A DNA stretch of 63,752 nt, filler included, from Lama guanicoe (taxonomy: Eukaryota): assembly GCA_013239625.1 (NCBI GenBank). It is 181 parts of 181 records of this genome, joined end to end, with 100 filler letters (N's around TTAATTAATTAA, not from the genome) between each part and the next. Parts side by side here need not be neighbours in the genome. Positions count along the whole stretch, not along the records: positions 23,966 to 24,218 come from PNXV01048782.1; positions 24,319 to 24,571 come from PNXV01048783.1; positions 24,672 to 24,924 come from PNXV01048784.1; positions 25,025 to 25,277 come from PNXV01048785.1; positions 25,378 to 25,630 come from PNXV01048786.1; positions 25,731 to 25,983 come from PNXV01048787.1; positions 26,084 to 26,336 come from PNXV01048788.1; positions 26,437 to 26,689 come from PNXV01048789.1; 173 more parts are not named here. One strand, written 5' to 3'. The position numbers and the translations under genes were made by a program. Numbering within the stretch: position 1 is the first letter of the stretch; each line of letters begins with the position of its first letter. Shown here piece by piece: positions 23,866-36,218 of this stretch. The notes below the pieces were generated by a model. That model did not search any database. It worked only from the letters and a program-made list of their open reading frames with translations, and was not told where the DNA came from.

Positions 23866-25024
23866 NNNNNNNNNNNNNNNNNNNNNNNNNNNNNNNNNNN
23901 NNNNNNNNNTTAATTAATTAANNNNNNNNNNNNNNNNNNNNNNNNNNNNNNNNNNNNNNNNNNNNAAACAGTGATGCTGGTTTCACACAAGTGAGTGGCT
24001 ATTTTGTAATTGAAGCAACAGAAAACTTGAAGTCTAATCCAAGTCTTTCTATGATTATTTCTGCCCAACTGCTGACCCCACCCCATTTAACTGTAAATAT
24101 TTCTTTATTACCTGAAAAATAAATATTTAAGAGTGCTAAATGAATACTTTGTGAGTACGCAGAAATAGCTAAAATAGTAGTCTATGTTTTTTAGGTTTGA
24201 CAGCTAGGTTTTTGTCCANNNNNNNNNNNNNNNNNNNNNNNNNNNNNNNNNNNNNNNNNNNNTTAATTAATTAANNNNNNNNNNNNNNNNNNNNNNNNNN
24301 NNNNNNNNNNNNNNNNNNAATGTGTAGATATTATCTAGTCAAAATTAGCTAAAGGCAATAAGCAGTACAATTTAGTGTTTGAATATTTTAATATATTTAT
24401 GTGTCATTTATGTAAATAAATACTTCAACTCAGTCTATAGAAAGTGTGTCCTAAATCCTGGTCTTCCTGAAATATCTCTGAGGCCCACAGAGTTCTTATG
24501 GGAGCTGCTGGCTCAGATACGATGTAGTTCTTAACTGCAGATCCACGCTAGCATTATCTGGATAACTTTGANNNNNNNNNNNNNNNNNNNNNNNNNNNNN
24601 NNNNNNNNNNNNNNNTTAATTAATTAANNNNNNNNNNNNNNNNNNNNNNNNNNNNNNNNNNNNNNNNNNNNGAAATATAGGTTTGGGATTAAAATATTTT
24701 CGAAGGAGATGCCTGATACACGCACATCTTGAGAGAGACGGAACTTTCCTAATTTATCCGTGAAGCTGCCTTTGCATGTCTTGATACTGTGGCACTTTTA
24801 GGTATTCAGTTTTGTTCTGGATTGAATGATGCGCGTGTGGGAGTCATATTTTATCATTTTATATTGAGCAGTGCAAAGTAAAAATGCTTTTTACCTTGTC
24901 CCGGGTCTTGCAGTAAAAGCCTTTNNNNNNNNNNNNNNNNNNNNNNNNNNNNNNNNNNNNNNNNNNNNTTAATTAATTAANNNNNNNNNNNNNNNNNNNN
25001 NNNNNNNNNNNNNNNNNNNNNNNN

Positions 25025-25277
25025 TTATTGCATATCTACCATTAATAGCATAATGTAGAATAATTTCACTGCCCTAAAAATCCTCTGTGAGCCATCTAGT
25101 CATCTCTTCCTCCGTCACCACCTTCCCCCAAACCTGGGAACTCCTCAGCTTTTTACTGTTTCTGTAGTTTTGTTTTTCACCAGATGTCATATAGTTGGAA
25201 TCATGCTGGGTATGGCCTTCTGGACTGGCTTCTTTCATTTAACAATATGCATTTAAGGTCCCTCCATGTCTTTCTGT
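25025..25277 (-). mobile_element. L1MC-type 3' UTR
   Basis: TTTCACTGCCCTAAAAATCCTCTGTG...ATGTCATATAGTTGGAATCAT. Confidence 0.85.
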
Positions 25278-25377
25278 NNNNNNNNNNNNNNNNNNNNNNN
25301 NNNNNNNNNNNNNNNNNNNNNTTAATTAATTAANNNNNNNNNNNNNNNNNNNNNNNNNNNNNNNNNNNNNNNNNNNN

Positions 25378-25630
25378 AAAGACAGATACATAGGTCAACG
25401 GACAGAATTGAGAGTCCCCAAATAAAGTCACACATATATGGATGATTAATTTACAACAAAAGAGCAAAGAACATATGATGGAGAGGGGTAGTGTCTTCAA
25501 TAAACAGTGTTCAGAGAACTGGACAGCCGCATGCAGAAGAATGAAACTAGATCGCTGTCTCACACCATACACAAAAATCAACTCAAAATGGACTAAGGAC
25601 TTGAATGTAGGACCTGAAAACATAAAACTC
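25378..25630 (+). mobile_element. L1 ORF2 fragment
   Basis: Translates [38 protein letters not shown]. Confidence 0.95.
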
Positions 25631-26083
25631 NNNNNNNNNNNNNNNNNNNNNNNNNNNNNNNNNNNNNNNNNNNNTTAATTAATTAANNNNNNNNNNNNNN
25701 NNNNNNNNNNNNNNNNNNNNNNNNNNNNNNAGGCTCTGTACTAACTGTTCTTCCCTTACTTTTCCTCCTCGGGAACTTTCACGACAAGCCACCGGCATTC
25801 CAAACCTAAAACTGTCCAACAAGAACCATCACAGGCACATCCACGCCTGCCTCCCCTCCTGATTCTCCAGCGTTTCATGGCTCCACCTTCTGAATCTCAA
25901 ACTTCATACTGTTTTCAGTACAAACGGGCAGTTCCAGCACACTGCAAGTCCTTTTGTGCCTGCTGTGCTTGCATACATAGTTCNNNNNNNNNNNNNNNNN
26001 NNNNNNNNNNNNNNNNNNNNNNNNNNNTTAATTAATTAANNNNNNNNNNNNNNNNNNNNNNNNNNNNNNNNNNNNNNNNNNNN

Positions 26084-26183
26084 TTTGTTTATTTATTTGT
26101 TTATTTTAATGGAGGAACTGGGGATTGAACTCGGCGTCGTGCATGCTAAGCACACACTTGACCACTAAGCTATACCCTCCCCC
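26084..26183 (-). mobile_element. tRNA-Ala-derived SINE, Vic-1 type
   Basis: Reverse reads GGGGGAGGGTATAGCTTAGTGGTC...CTTAGCATGCACG...GAGTTCAATCCCCAGTTCCTCCATTAAAATAAAC. Confidence 0.9.
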
Positions 26184-27848
26184 TATAATATACATTTTTT
26201 AACACTATCATGTATTCCATATATCTTTTTATAGGCTCTGCCTCCCCTTTCCCTTAAAACATTGCTGAGAGCATTTTTTTAATAGACTTATTTTTTTAGA
26301 GCAGTTTCAGGTTCACAGCAGAATTGAGCAGAAAATNNNNNNNNNNNNNNNNNNNNNNNNNNNNNNNNNNNNNNNNNNNNTTAATTAATTAANNNNNNNN
26401 NNNNNNNNNNNNNNNNNNNNNNNNNNNNNNNNNNNNCTGTCTGTCTTGAATTGTATCCTCAGTACCTGGCTTGGTGCTCAGCACAAAATTAGCTTCCATT
26501 AAATCTTTATCAAAATAGTGATTGAATGAATTCCTCTCACACCCAAGTCTTAAGAAGAAAACATGTAAAAGGCAATGCTAAGCCTTTATTGGCCTCCTTG
26601 TGTCAAACTCAAATTTCTAATTAAAAAATATATTATTTCATGAAGTGTTAAGTCAGATGTCATTTATGGACTCTAGGCAATATTGAGATNNNNNNNNNNN
26701 NNNNNNNNNNNNNNNNNNNNNNNNNNNNNNNNNTTAATTAATTAANNNNNNNNNNNNNNNNNNNNNNNNNNNNNNNNNNNNNNNNNNNNGTTAGCACCAG
26801 CAGATTTATAAAGAAGAATGACTGTTTACATGGGTTTTGTGAAGAATGATCTGCAGTCTTCAGCTGAATACTGAGGTTACGAACAAACCTTGTACTGTTT
26901 CCCTAAAATGTTTCTTTGTCTGCAGGGAAGTTACTTGTATCTTCATCTAAATCTCAGAGTCAGATGAAAATACTGCTGATGAGTGTTTTTGATGAATATT
27001 GAGGAATATTGGTCAAACTGAGTGAGAAGCTTCTGCCTGAGCNNNNNNNNNNNNNNNNNNNNNNNNNNNNNNNNNNNNNNNNNNNNTTAATTAATTAANN
27101 NNNNNNNNNNNNNNNNNNNNNNNNNNNNNNNNNNNNNNNNNNGAGGACAGAGACGTCTAACTGGGATGAGCAGGAATGGGGAGAGGGGCACAAGGCAGAG
27201 AAGAGGCCCAGATATGCTTTTCTGGGGTGGGTGTGGGGGTCCTACACTTCACCCTGACCCACAGATCAGGCTCCTGGCCAAGGCCCTCGACCCAACTACC
27301 CCGCAGCGTGGTCACCAAGCCCTGCAGTTCCAACTCTGAATATTCACCAAATCTGACCCCCTTTCCCTCCTCCGGACATTGGGGCCCACACACCTNNNNN
27401 NNNNNNNNNNNNNNNNNNNNNNNNNNNNNNNNNNNNNNNTTAATTAATTAANNNNNNNNNNNNNNNNNNNNNNNNNNNNNNNNNNNNNNNNNNNNTGTCA
27501 GATTTTGTTCACTGTTCTAGGCCTAGGGCTTAACACAGTATCTGTTCTATAGCAAGTACTTAATAAATATCAGCTGCAGGAAGAGGGGCCGTGGAAATCA
27601 ATGTTGTTTAGAACCAGGGTCTTTTCTTCATTGTGTCTAATTTTCTTCAGTGAATATGAAGGTTCTGGTGAGGTGGAAAGCTGCATAAAAGACCGGCAGG
27701 ACCTCCAGGCAGGGCCACTACTCTCCTGTCAGCACCATCCAGTTCCCTNNNNNNNNNNNNNNNNNNNNNNNNNNNNNNNNNNNNNNNNNNNNTTAATTAA
27801 TTAANNNNNNNNNNNNNNNNNNNNNNNNNNNNNNNNNNNNNNNNNNNN

Positions 27849-28101
27849 TTCCCAGAGGGGAGGTGGGGAGATAAGGGATAAACTGGGAGTTTGAGATTTG
27901 CGGATACTGACTAGTATATATAAAATAGATAAACAAGATTATATTGTAAAGCACAGGGAAATGTATTCAATATCTTGTGGTAGCTCACAGTGACAAAGAA
28001 TATGAAAATGAATATATGTACATTCATGTAGGACAGAAGCATTGTGCTGGACACCAGACATTGACAAATTGTAAACTGACTATATCTCAAAAAGAAAAAA
28101 A
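27849..28101 (+). mobile_element. Lineage-specific (cetartiodactyl/camelid) L1 3' end with A tail
   Basis: GGGATAAACTGGGAGTTTGAGATTTGC...AGCACAGGGAA...TTGTAAACTGACTATA then A tail; same family as 33497, 35967, 56793 and 63155. Confidence 0.9.
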
Positions 28102-28907
28102 NNNNNNNNNNNNNNNNNNNNNNNNNNNNNNNNNNNNNNNNNNNNTTAATTAATTAANNNNNNNNNNNNNNNNNNNNNNNNNNNNNNNNNNNNNNNNNNN
28201 NTATCCAATTATGTTGCATGAAGAAAGTTAAACAGTTTTCTGAAATTTTTGCTTTAATTATCCATATGTATGTGTGAACAAGGCCATTAGATAAATTGTA
28301 TTTCTAATGGTAAATCATAATCAAAAAGATTTGAAAGCCATAGCTCTGTAACACACATTTTTTTAAAATAAGGAGCTGTATTGGATTCACCTCTACCCCG
28401 AGCATGTTGTAAACATCAGGCACATAGACATTTACAAATATTGCTTGAACTAAANNNNNNNNNNNNNNNNNNNNNNNNNNNNNNNNNNNNNNNNNNNNTT
28501 AATTAATTAANNNNNNNNNNNNNNNNNNNNNNNNNNNNNNNNNNNNNNNNNNNNCCATGTTAGCCTCACGTGCAGAAAATCCCCAAAGAGACCCCTGCTT
28601 GAGGGAATGAGTCACCTATAAGCCAAATGTCCTCGGGCCACCTAAGAAGCTAAACAGCATACACAGTGAGCCACCCACTCACTGAAGTACCCAAGGCTCA
28701 CAGCTCCCTGATGTGACACCAGGAACCCCCCAGCAAACAGAAGACCCTTACTTTATCCTTCACTTGAGAATTCTACTGCCAACACTGCCTTCCACCTTCC
28801 ACTTATGNNNNNNNNNNNNNNNNNNNNNNNNNNNNNNNNNNNNNNNNNNNNTTAATTAATTAANNNNNNNNNNNNNNNNNNNNNNNNNNNNNNNNNNNNN
28901 NNNNNNN

Positions 28908-29160
28908 CAATATTGTTGTGTCTCAGGGAATAGGGAGGCCCAAGGAGAGGAAGAGACATGGGGAAATGGCTGTTTGGTGGAGTGGTCAGAACACACACAA
29001 CATATGTCAGTTAAGTTCGCAGTCTTATGTCGGTTCAGTTCATGGCATCCCAAAACAATCACAATAGAAACATCAAAGATCACTGATCACAGATCACTGT
29101 AACAAATATAATAATAATGAAAAAGTTGGAAATATTGTGAAAATTACCAAAATGTGACAC
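28908..29160 (-). mobile_element. Tigger1 5' region
   Basis: Reverse reads GTGTCACATTTTGGTAAT...GATCTGTGATCAGTGATCTTTGATG...CCTCCCTATTCCCTGAGACACAACAATATTG. Confidence 0.92.
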
Positions 29161-29381
29161 NNNNNNNNNNNNNNNNNNNNNNNNNNNNNNNNNNNNNNNN
29201 NNNNTTAATTAATTAANNNNNNNNNNNNNNNNNNNNNNNNNNNNNNNNNNNNNNNNNNNNTCAGGATTTTTGGCCTGCCCTCCAAAGAAAAGGAGTGAAA
29301 AGTGTCGGAACGGGCCACGGAAGACGTCAAGGGGAGCCACGCCAAGCGGCGGCAGATGGAGCAGTGACCACAGCCGCCCGG

Positions 29382-29399
29382 CAACAGCAGCAGCAGCAG
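29382..29399 (+). repeat. CAA(CAG)5 trinucleotide run in a GC/CpG-rich contig
   Basis: Directly visible. Confidence 0.9.
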
Positions 29400-31025
29400 C
29401 CCCCGCAGCCCCAGCACTGCCTCCACCTGGGCCACCGCCGCCTCCATGGCAACTGTCAGGGAGTGCCGGCCCCTGCCCAGTCCCGAAGCGATGCTGGGAC
29501 AGCCTTGGGGCTCNNNNNNNNNNNNNNNNNNNNNNNNNNNNNNNNNNNNNNNNNNNNTTAATTAATTAANNNNNNNNNNNNNNNNNNNNNNNNNNNNNNN
29601 NNNNNNNNNNNNNTCTCCTAGTTACTCAGGTGCTAGAGCCAGGTCCTCCCCGGATACACCTACAGGTGTTACCTGATCAGCAAGGAGCACCAGCACGCAC
29701 AGTGCCTTCAGGGCCGGGGGCTGAGCTGCCCCGGGTGCCAGCAGCCGCATTGGAGACATCCTTCCCCTCCCTTGTAATTCCTTATTTAAAAAAAATAAAT
29801 TTGTTCTCTTACATACTCTAAATTATTTATTCTATGATATAGTGACTTTAAAGTTTAATTTTTTGANNNNNNNNNNNNNNNNNNNNNNNNNNNNNNNNNN
29901 NNNNNNNNNNTTAATTAATTAANNNNNNNNNNNNNNNNNNNNNNNNNNNNNNNNNNNNNNNNNNNNTTGGAGAGAAGACGAACATCTGACTGTACCTGCC
30001 GGAGACAATGTACAAAGACCACTGAGGGGAGTTTCTAGCACAAAATGCATATTCAGTAAATGTTTGTGAGTCCTTTCAATGATATTACAAGCTCCGTGGG
30101 ACTGGGGACTGTTTGTGACACTAACCCAATGCCAAGAGCATCATGAAGCACAGAGTCAGCAAAGAACAACTATTTACTAAGTAAACAGATGAGTGCTTCA
30201 TCTTTGGGGAATTAAAAGTNNNNNNNNNNNNNNNNNNNNNNNNNNNNNNNNNNNNNNNNNNNNTTAATTAATTAANNNNNNNNNNNNNNNNNNNNNNNNN
30301 NNNNNNNNNNNNNNNNNNNCTAACTCAGTCTCTGGGTTAACTCAAGGCAGACCATGCAATCATCCTGTTAGTGTGTACCACCAACTGCATGGAATTCTTC
30401 TGCCTCAGAGAACGTCTGACCAATGCATTCAAAAATGGAGACTTAGAGCTATTTAAAAGTGATTATATGTGTTTTGTGTTGAAAGTGCAGTATCTGGGGT
30501 CCCCACTAGCTATTTTGGATAGATTTCAGTTAGGGATGAGGAGAATGGTACTCAAATTATGGTGAGAACTGTNNNNNNNNNNNNNNNNNNNNNNNNNNNN
30601 NNNNNNNNNNNNNNNNTTAATTAATTAANNNNNNNNNNNNNNNNNNNNNNNNNNNNNNNNNNNNNNNNNNNNTTTTTCTATTTCCTCTTCAAATATTATC
30701 ACTTTAAAGTAAATACTTCTTCCACATATGAAAATGACAAAAATAAAATCTCTCTCATTTTCAAATTTTATATCAAGGTAACTAGACATTTCCACTCTTG
30801 AAAAGGTCATTTCTGCTAAGTAACACTGTTATTTAGTATATAACTGTTCCTTTGCCTTCCTGAGATTATACACCTATAAAAATATGATTTTTCATTAAAA
30901 TCACTAGTGTTGTATCCAAAAAAAANNNNNNNNNNNNNNNNNNNNNNNNNNNNNNNNNNNNNNNNNNNNTTAATTAATTAANNNNNNNNNNNNNNNNNNN
31001 NNNNNNNNNNNNNNNNNNNNNNNNN

Positions 31026-31278
31026 TGCAACTGACAAAGTCTTAATTTCCAAAATACAAAGACTTCATACAACAGAATAATAATAATAAAAAAAAAGAAA
31101 CCCAATCTGAGAATGGGCAGAAGGCCTAAAATGCAATACTCCAATAAAGACATACAAATGACACATAGAAATATGAAAAAAATGCTCAATTACATTATCA
31201 GAGAAAGGAAATTCAAAACTATAATGAATTATCACTTCACAATAGTCACAATGGCCATCATTCAAAAGTCCACAAACA
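31026..31278 (+). mobile_element. L1 ORF2 C-terminal fragment
   Basis: TGCAACTGACAAAG..TTAATTTCCAAAATACA...AATGGGCAGAAG...CAATGGCCATCATTCAAAAGTCCACAAACA. Confidence 0.9.
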
Positions 31279-32550
31279 NNNNNNNNNNNNNNNNNNNNNN
31301 NNNNNNNNNNNNNNNNNNNNNNTTAATTAATTAANNNNNNNNNNNNNNNNNNNNNNNNNNNNNNNNNNNNNNNNNNNNGGTTCTGATACGTGGTTAAACC
31401 TGAGTGGGGAGACCTCCTTACTGCCTGAGGTATTTCGTCATAGGACACAAGAGTAATGATTTTTTTATGATGCCTTCTGCTTTTTTTTAGCCGTCCCTGC
31501 TGCAAAGATTTTTGCTTGCAATGTCCCGTTCAGTCCACAAAGACCAAAGTGAAGGAAACATGCTCTTTTCTTTCCTCTACCGAGCAGTGCGCCAAGGCGG
31601 GGAGGGGTTGAGCGCCATCCCACTGCAGACCNNNNNNNNNNNNNNNNNNNNNNNNNNNNNNNNNNNNNNNNNNNNTTAATTAATTAANNNNNNNNNNNNN
31701 NNNNNNNNNNNNNNNNNNNNNNNNNNNNNNNCAGTTGTCATCACGATTTCTGCCTCATCATGTTTGACAGAGACTCTGGACTGAGGCAGCGCCTTTGAAA
31801 AGGACCGTTAGGAGATCCCAGGAACCGTCAGCCTCCCTGCCGGTTCTCAGCGCGAATGCCAAAAACCTCTTGAAAGAATTGTTTCTGCATCTACACAGTC
31901 TTCGGCCTGAAAATCTCAGAGATACTTAATAGTAATAGTTAAGATGCATTGAGAGCCTTGCTAGTGGTTTGTGTAAGTCCTTTANNNNNNNNNNNNNNNN
32001 NNNNNNNNNNNNNNNNNNNNNNNNNNNNTTAATTAATTAANNNNNNNNNNNNNNNNNNNNNNNNNNNNNNNNNNNNNNNNNNNNACAGTTTCAAGAAACA
32101 AAATGCGTTTTGATGACAGCCGTCGCCTCCCCCGCAAAGAATCAGGCTCCTATTGGCTCGCCACGGTTTTTAGAATTACAAGTGGCTTTCTTTGCAGCCA
32201 CGTGCTCCGGGTGCGTTTCATTTAGTATCGGGCTCTAACTGCCCCTTTATCCAACAGGACCCGTGAAAAGGAGGACAGTGGCTGACTTGGTGTCCTTGAG
32301 GTTTGCAGGCTCTCATCCCCGCATTCAGGGCCCTGGGNNNNNNNNNNNNNNNNNNNNNNNNNNNNNNNNNNNNNNNNNNNNTTAATTAATTAANNNNNNN
32401 NNNNNNNNNNNNNNNNNNNNNNNNNNNNNNNNNNNNNCTGCAGGGCTCTGGGCAGCTTCTCCTTGATCTCTACCCCAAGGCTCTCTTCTCTCTGCAGGTT
32501 GATTCTCAACCCTGACTGCTCAGTAGAGCTAATATCTAAAAACAAAAAAA

Positions 32551-32690
32551 GGTGGGGCCGTTATGGCTCAGTGGTAGAGCACGTACTTAGCATGCAAGAC
32601 GTCCTGGGTTCAATTCCCAGTACCTGCATTAAAATAAATAAAGCTAACTACCCCTCACAAAAAGGAAAGAAGTATTTAAAAAACAATTAA
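32551..32690 (+). mobile_element. tRNA-Ala-derived SINE, Vic-1 type
   Basis: TGGCTCAGTGGTAGAGCACGTACTTAGCATGC...CTGGGTTCAATTCCCAGTACCTGCATTAAAATAAATAAAGCTAACTACCCCTC. Confidence 0.88.
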
Positions 32691-32835
32691 NNNNNNNNNN
32701 NNNNNNNNNNNNNNNNNNNNNNNNNNNNNNNNNNTTAATTAATTAANNNNNNNNNNNNNNNNNNNNNNNNNNNNNNNNNNNNNNNNNNNNAAAAAAACCC
32801 ACTCTGTTGTTTTCATAAAATGATACATGCTCATT

Positions 32836-33040
32836 GTACCAGTCAGAATAACCAAGGTTATGCCACAGTAACAAACAGTCCTCAAACATCAGTGACTTTT
32901 CAGCCTCTCCTCTGAAGTGATAGCATTCATTTTCTCACATCCCATAGTCTAAAGCACACCTAGGGTCATGGAGACAGGGTGGCGAGAGCCTATAGGTGCC
33001 TAAGGGGGAGATTTAGGACATGCAGCCTGCATTACCACCA
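32836..33040 (-). mobile_element. MaLR LTR remnant (MLT1J/K/L-like)
   Basis: TGTACCAGTCAG...GGTTATGCCACAGTAACAAACAG...CATCAGTGACTT. Confidence 0.5.
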
Positions 33041-33496
33041 AAGNNNNNNNNNNNNNNNNNNNNNNNNNNNNNNNNNNNNNNNNNNNNTTAATTAATTAAN
33101 NNNNNNNNNNNNNNNNNNNNNNNNNNNNNNNNNNNNNNNNNNNGCAACTAATGTTAGCCAGCTGGTCATGGTGAAGTCCACGCAGACCTCACCCCTACAC
33201 CTCACCCCAGCTCCTACCAGCCACGGATGGGTTCAGAGCCCAGAGCCTACCCTAAGACTGCGCATCTGAGAGACACGTTGGAGAATATCTATCCTGTTGG
33301 CTTTCCAGTGTATGGGAGCCCTGAGAAGTGAAAGAGAAAAAAAGAAACAAAAAGGAAGAAAGAGCATCTTAGGGTCAGGTAGGTGGGTGGGCAGAGNNNN
33401 NNNNNNNNNNNNNNNNNNNNNNNNNNNNNNNNNNNNNNNNTTAATTAATTAANNNNNNNNNNNNNNNNNNNNNNNNNNNNNNNNNNNNNNNNNNNN

Positions 33497-33748
33497 TTCT
33501 AAGTGAAGTAAGTCAGATAGAGAAAGAAAAATACCGTATATCACTCATATGTGGAATCTAACAAAACAGAAACAAACTTATAGACATAGAAAACAGGCTT
33601 ATGGTTATGAAAGGAGGGGAAGAGGGTGGGATAAGATAAATTGGGAGTTTGAGATTTGCAGATATTACCTACTATATATAAAATAGATAAACAACAAACT
33701 TCTACTGTACAGCACAGGGAACTATATTCAAAATCTTGTAGTAACCTA
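33497..33748 (+). mobile_element. Lineage-specific L1 3' UTR
   Basis: CTAAGTGAAGTAAGTCAGATAGAGAAAG...GACATAGAAAACA...GTACAGCACAGGGAACTATATTCAA. Confidence 0.92.
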
Positions 33749-34554
33749 NNNNNNNNNNNNNNNNNNNNNNNNNNNNNNNNNNNNNNNNNNNNTTAATTAA
33801 TTAANNNNNNNNNNNNNNNNNNNNNNNNNNNNNNNNNNNNNNNNNNNNCTTTAGGAGAGATCCAAAAGACTTCCTAATAATTTGGACTAGATTAAAAACC
33901 TCTTCTGATGTGGCAATGCTACAATTACTAAGGCAAAATCAAACAAAAGTTTAATGGAAAGTATGCATGGGAAAGACTAAGGAAAGCTACGTAGCTCACC
34001 ACAGTGGCCAAAGCCCTCCGGTTGAATGCCTTAAATATCATCTTTAGCTAAAGACAGAAGAGGGCTTGGGGGGTCGTGGTTTGGGATTTCAAAGAGAAAG
34101 ANNNNNNNNNNNNNNNNNNNNNNNNNNNNNNNNNNNNNNNNNNNNTTAATTAATTAANNNNNNNNNNNNNNNNNNNNNNNNNNNNNNNNNNNNNNNNNNN
34201 NATGCGGATGCAGACTAAAATTCAAATATCCTCAGTTCTAAGAACTTTTGAATAAACTACCAATTTTGAAACTTCTTAAACTAGTAAAAGAAACCATTAC
34301 AAAAGTTAACACACACCAAATACCTGTCAATGTCATAGAGGAAGAAAACAATAAGATGTTTTTTTAATACCAAAGAATTAGAAGAGGGAGAAATAAGAAC
34401 TTTTCTGGTGGAAATAACCTACAGCCTAAATGTCCATCAACAGAGGACTGGATANNNNNNNNNNNNNNNNNNNNNNNNNNNNNNNNNNNNNNNNNNNNTT
34501 AATTAATTAANNNNNNNNNNNNNNNNNNNNNNNNNNNNNNNNNNNNNNNNNNNN

Positions 34555-34807
34555 CTGATTTAAATAAGAGGAAGAATTCTAGGTCATGAACTTAAATCAT
34601 GGAAGCAGAAAGTCACTTGACTTGAGCCAGTTTACACAACCACAATACCTAGAGGGTAGGAGAGGTAGGGTCCCCTCAAGGAAGGATTCTGCTACACTGA
34701 CCAAAATGTATAGTGTTACTCTTACTCTCACTTTCCCCAAGGGGTTTACAGCCACTTACCAGGTTATGATGTCTTGGGAAACAGGAAATAATCAAACTTC
34801 CATGGAT
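34555..34807 (+). mobile_element. ERV-L (class III) internal region, gag/pro junction, degenerate
   Basis: Translates DLSQFTQPQYLEGRRGRVPSRKDSATL...WETGNNQT, comparable to HERV-L DLSQFTDPEPLE*RGGRVPLRKDP...WGKGNDQTF as recalled. Confidence 0.85.
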
Positions 34808-35260
34808 NNNNNNNNNNNNNNNNNNNNNNNNNNNNNNNNNNNNNNNNNNNNTTAATTAATTAANNNNNNNNNNNNNNNNNNNNNNNNNNNNNNNNNNNNN
34901 NNNNNNNTGGAAAAATTGTACCTCATTCTCCCATGTGCAGACAGACCCTTGTGCAAAGTCTGGTCTCTAGATGAGCACAGGGACCACGGGCTCAGACCTG
35001 CAAAGGTGTCAACTTCAAATCTCCCAAGGAGGGGAAGACACATTGAGGACCGGTCTCCCACTCTCTCAGGCACGACCCGCAGCTCCCTTCCACGAAGCCC
35101 TGCTCTCCATCCACAGAAATGGCTTCATGCATTTTTGTTATTTACATCTGGCCTCCAGCTNNNNNNNNNNNNNNNNNNNNNNNNNNNNNNNNNNNNNNNN
35201 NNNNTTAATTAATTAANNNNNNNNNNNNNNNNNNNNNNNNNNNNNNNNNNNNNNNNNNNN

Positions 35261-35513
35261 AGACTCATAAGAGACTTGTATCTAGGATATACAAAGGACT
35301 CTTACAATTCAATAATTAAAAATTAATAAGTGGACAAAGTTCCCGAAGAGACACTTCTCCAAAGAAGATATTCAAATGAATATAAGCAAGTGAAAAGTTG
35401 CTCAACATCATTTGCCACCAGAGAAGTGCATGTCAAAGCTGCAAGACGTCCCTTCACACTCACTAGGATGGCTATAATAAAAAAGATGGGCAAAAGCAAG
35501 TGTTGGCAAGGCT
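35261..35513 (+). mobile_element. L1 ORF2 C-terminal fragment
   Basis: AGACACTTCTCCAAAGAAGATAT...CACTAGGATGGCTATAATAAAAAAGA...AAGTGTTGGCAAGG. Confidence 0.9.
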
Positions 35514-35966
35514 NNNNNNNNNNNNNNNNNNNNNNNNNNNNNNNNNNNNNNNNNNNNTTAATTAATTAANNNNNNNNNNNNNNNNNNNNNNNNNNNNNNN
35601 NNNNNNNNNNNNNTATTTATAAACCAGCCTACTTTTTCTTTTCCTTTATTTTCCTTTCATTTCTATTTTTCATTTTTATTGTATTTCTTATAAAAAAACA
35701 CACATAGCCACAATCCCAATAAAGGGCAACCTGGTTCCTGCTGCAGTAAAGAAGCTTTAGTCTAACAAAAGAAATGCTTTAATTAAGCAAAGCTGAAAAG
35801 ACCTGACTTTCTTCCAAAAGTGTCTTTCCTTTGAAAGAAACTTTACATTAAGTCCTCCTGACCTATNNNNNNNNNNNNNNNNNNNNNNNNNNNNNNNNNN
35901 NNNNNNNNNNTTAATTAATTAANNNNNNNNNNNNNNNNNNNNNNNNNNNNNNNNNNNNNNNNNNNN

Positions 35967-36218
35967 TTATCTATTTTATATGTAGTAGTTAGTATCTGCA
36001 AATCTCAAACTCCCATTTATCCCTTCCCTCCCTCTTCCTACCCTCACCCCCATAAGCAGAAGTTTGTTTTCTGTGTCTGTGAGTCTGTTCCTGTTTTGTA
36101 GATAAGTTTCTTTGTCTTTTTTTTAGATTTCACACATAAGCGATATCATATGGTATTTTTCTGTCTTTCTCTGGCTTACTTGACTTAGAATGACATTCTC
36201 CAGGTCCATCCATGTTGC
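35967..36218 (-). mobile_element. Lineage-specific L1 3' UTR
   Basis: GCAAATCTCAAACTCCCATTTATCCC...ACATAAGCGATATCATATGGTATTTTTC. Confidence 0.92.
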
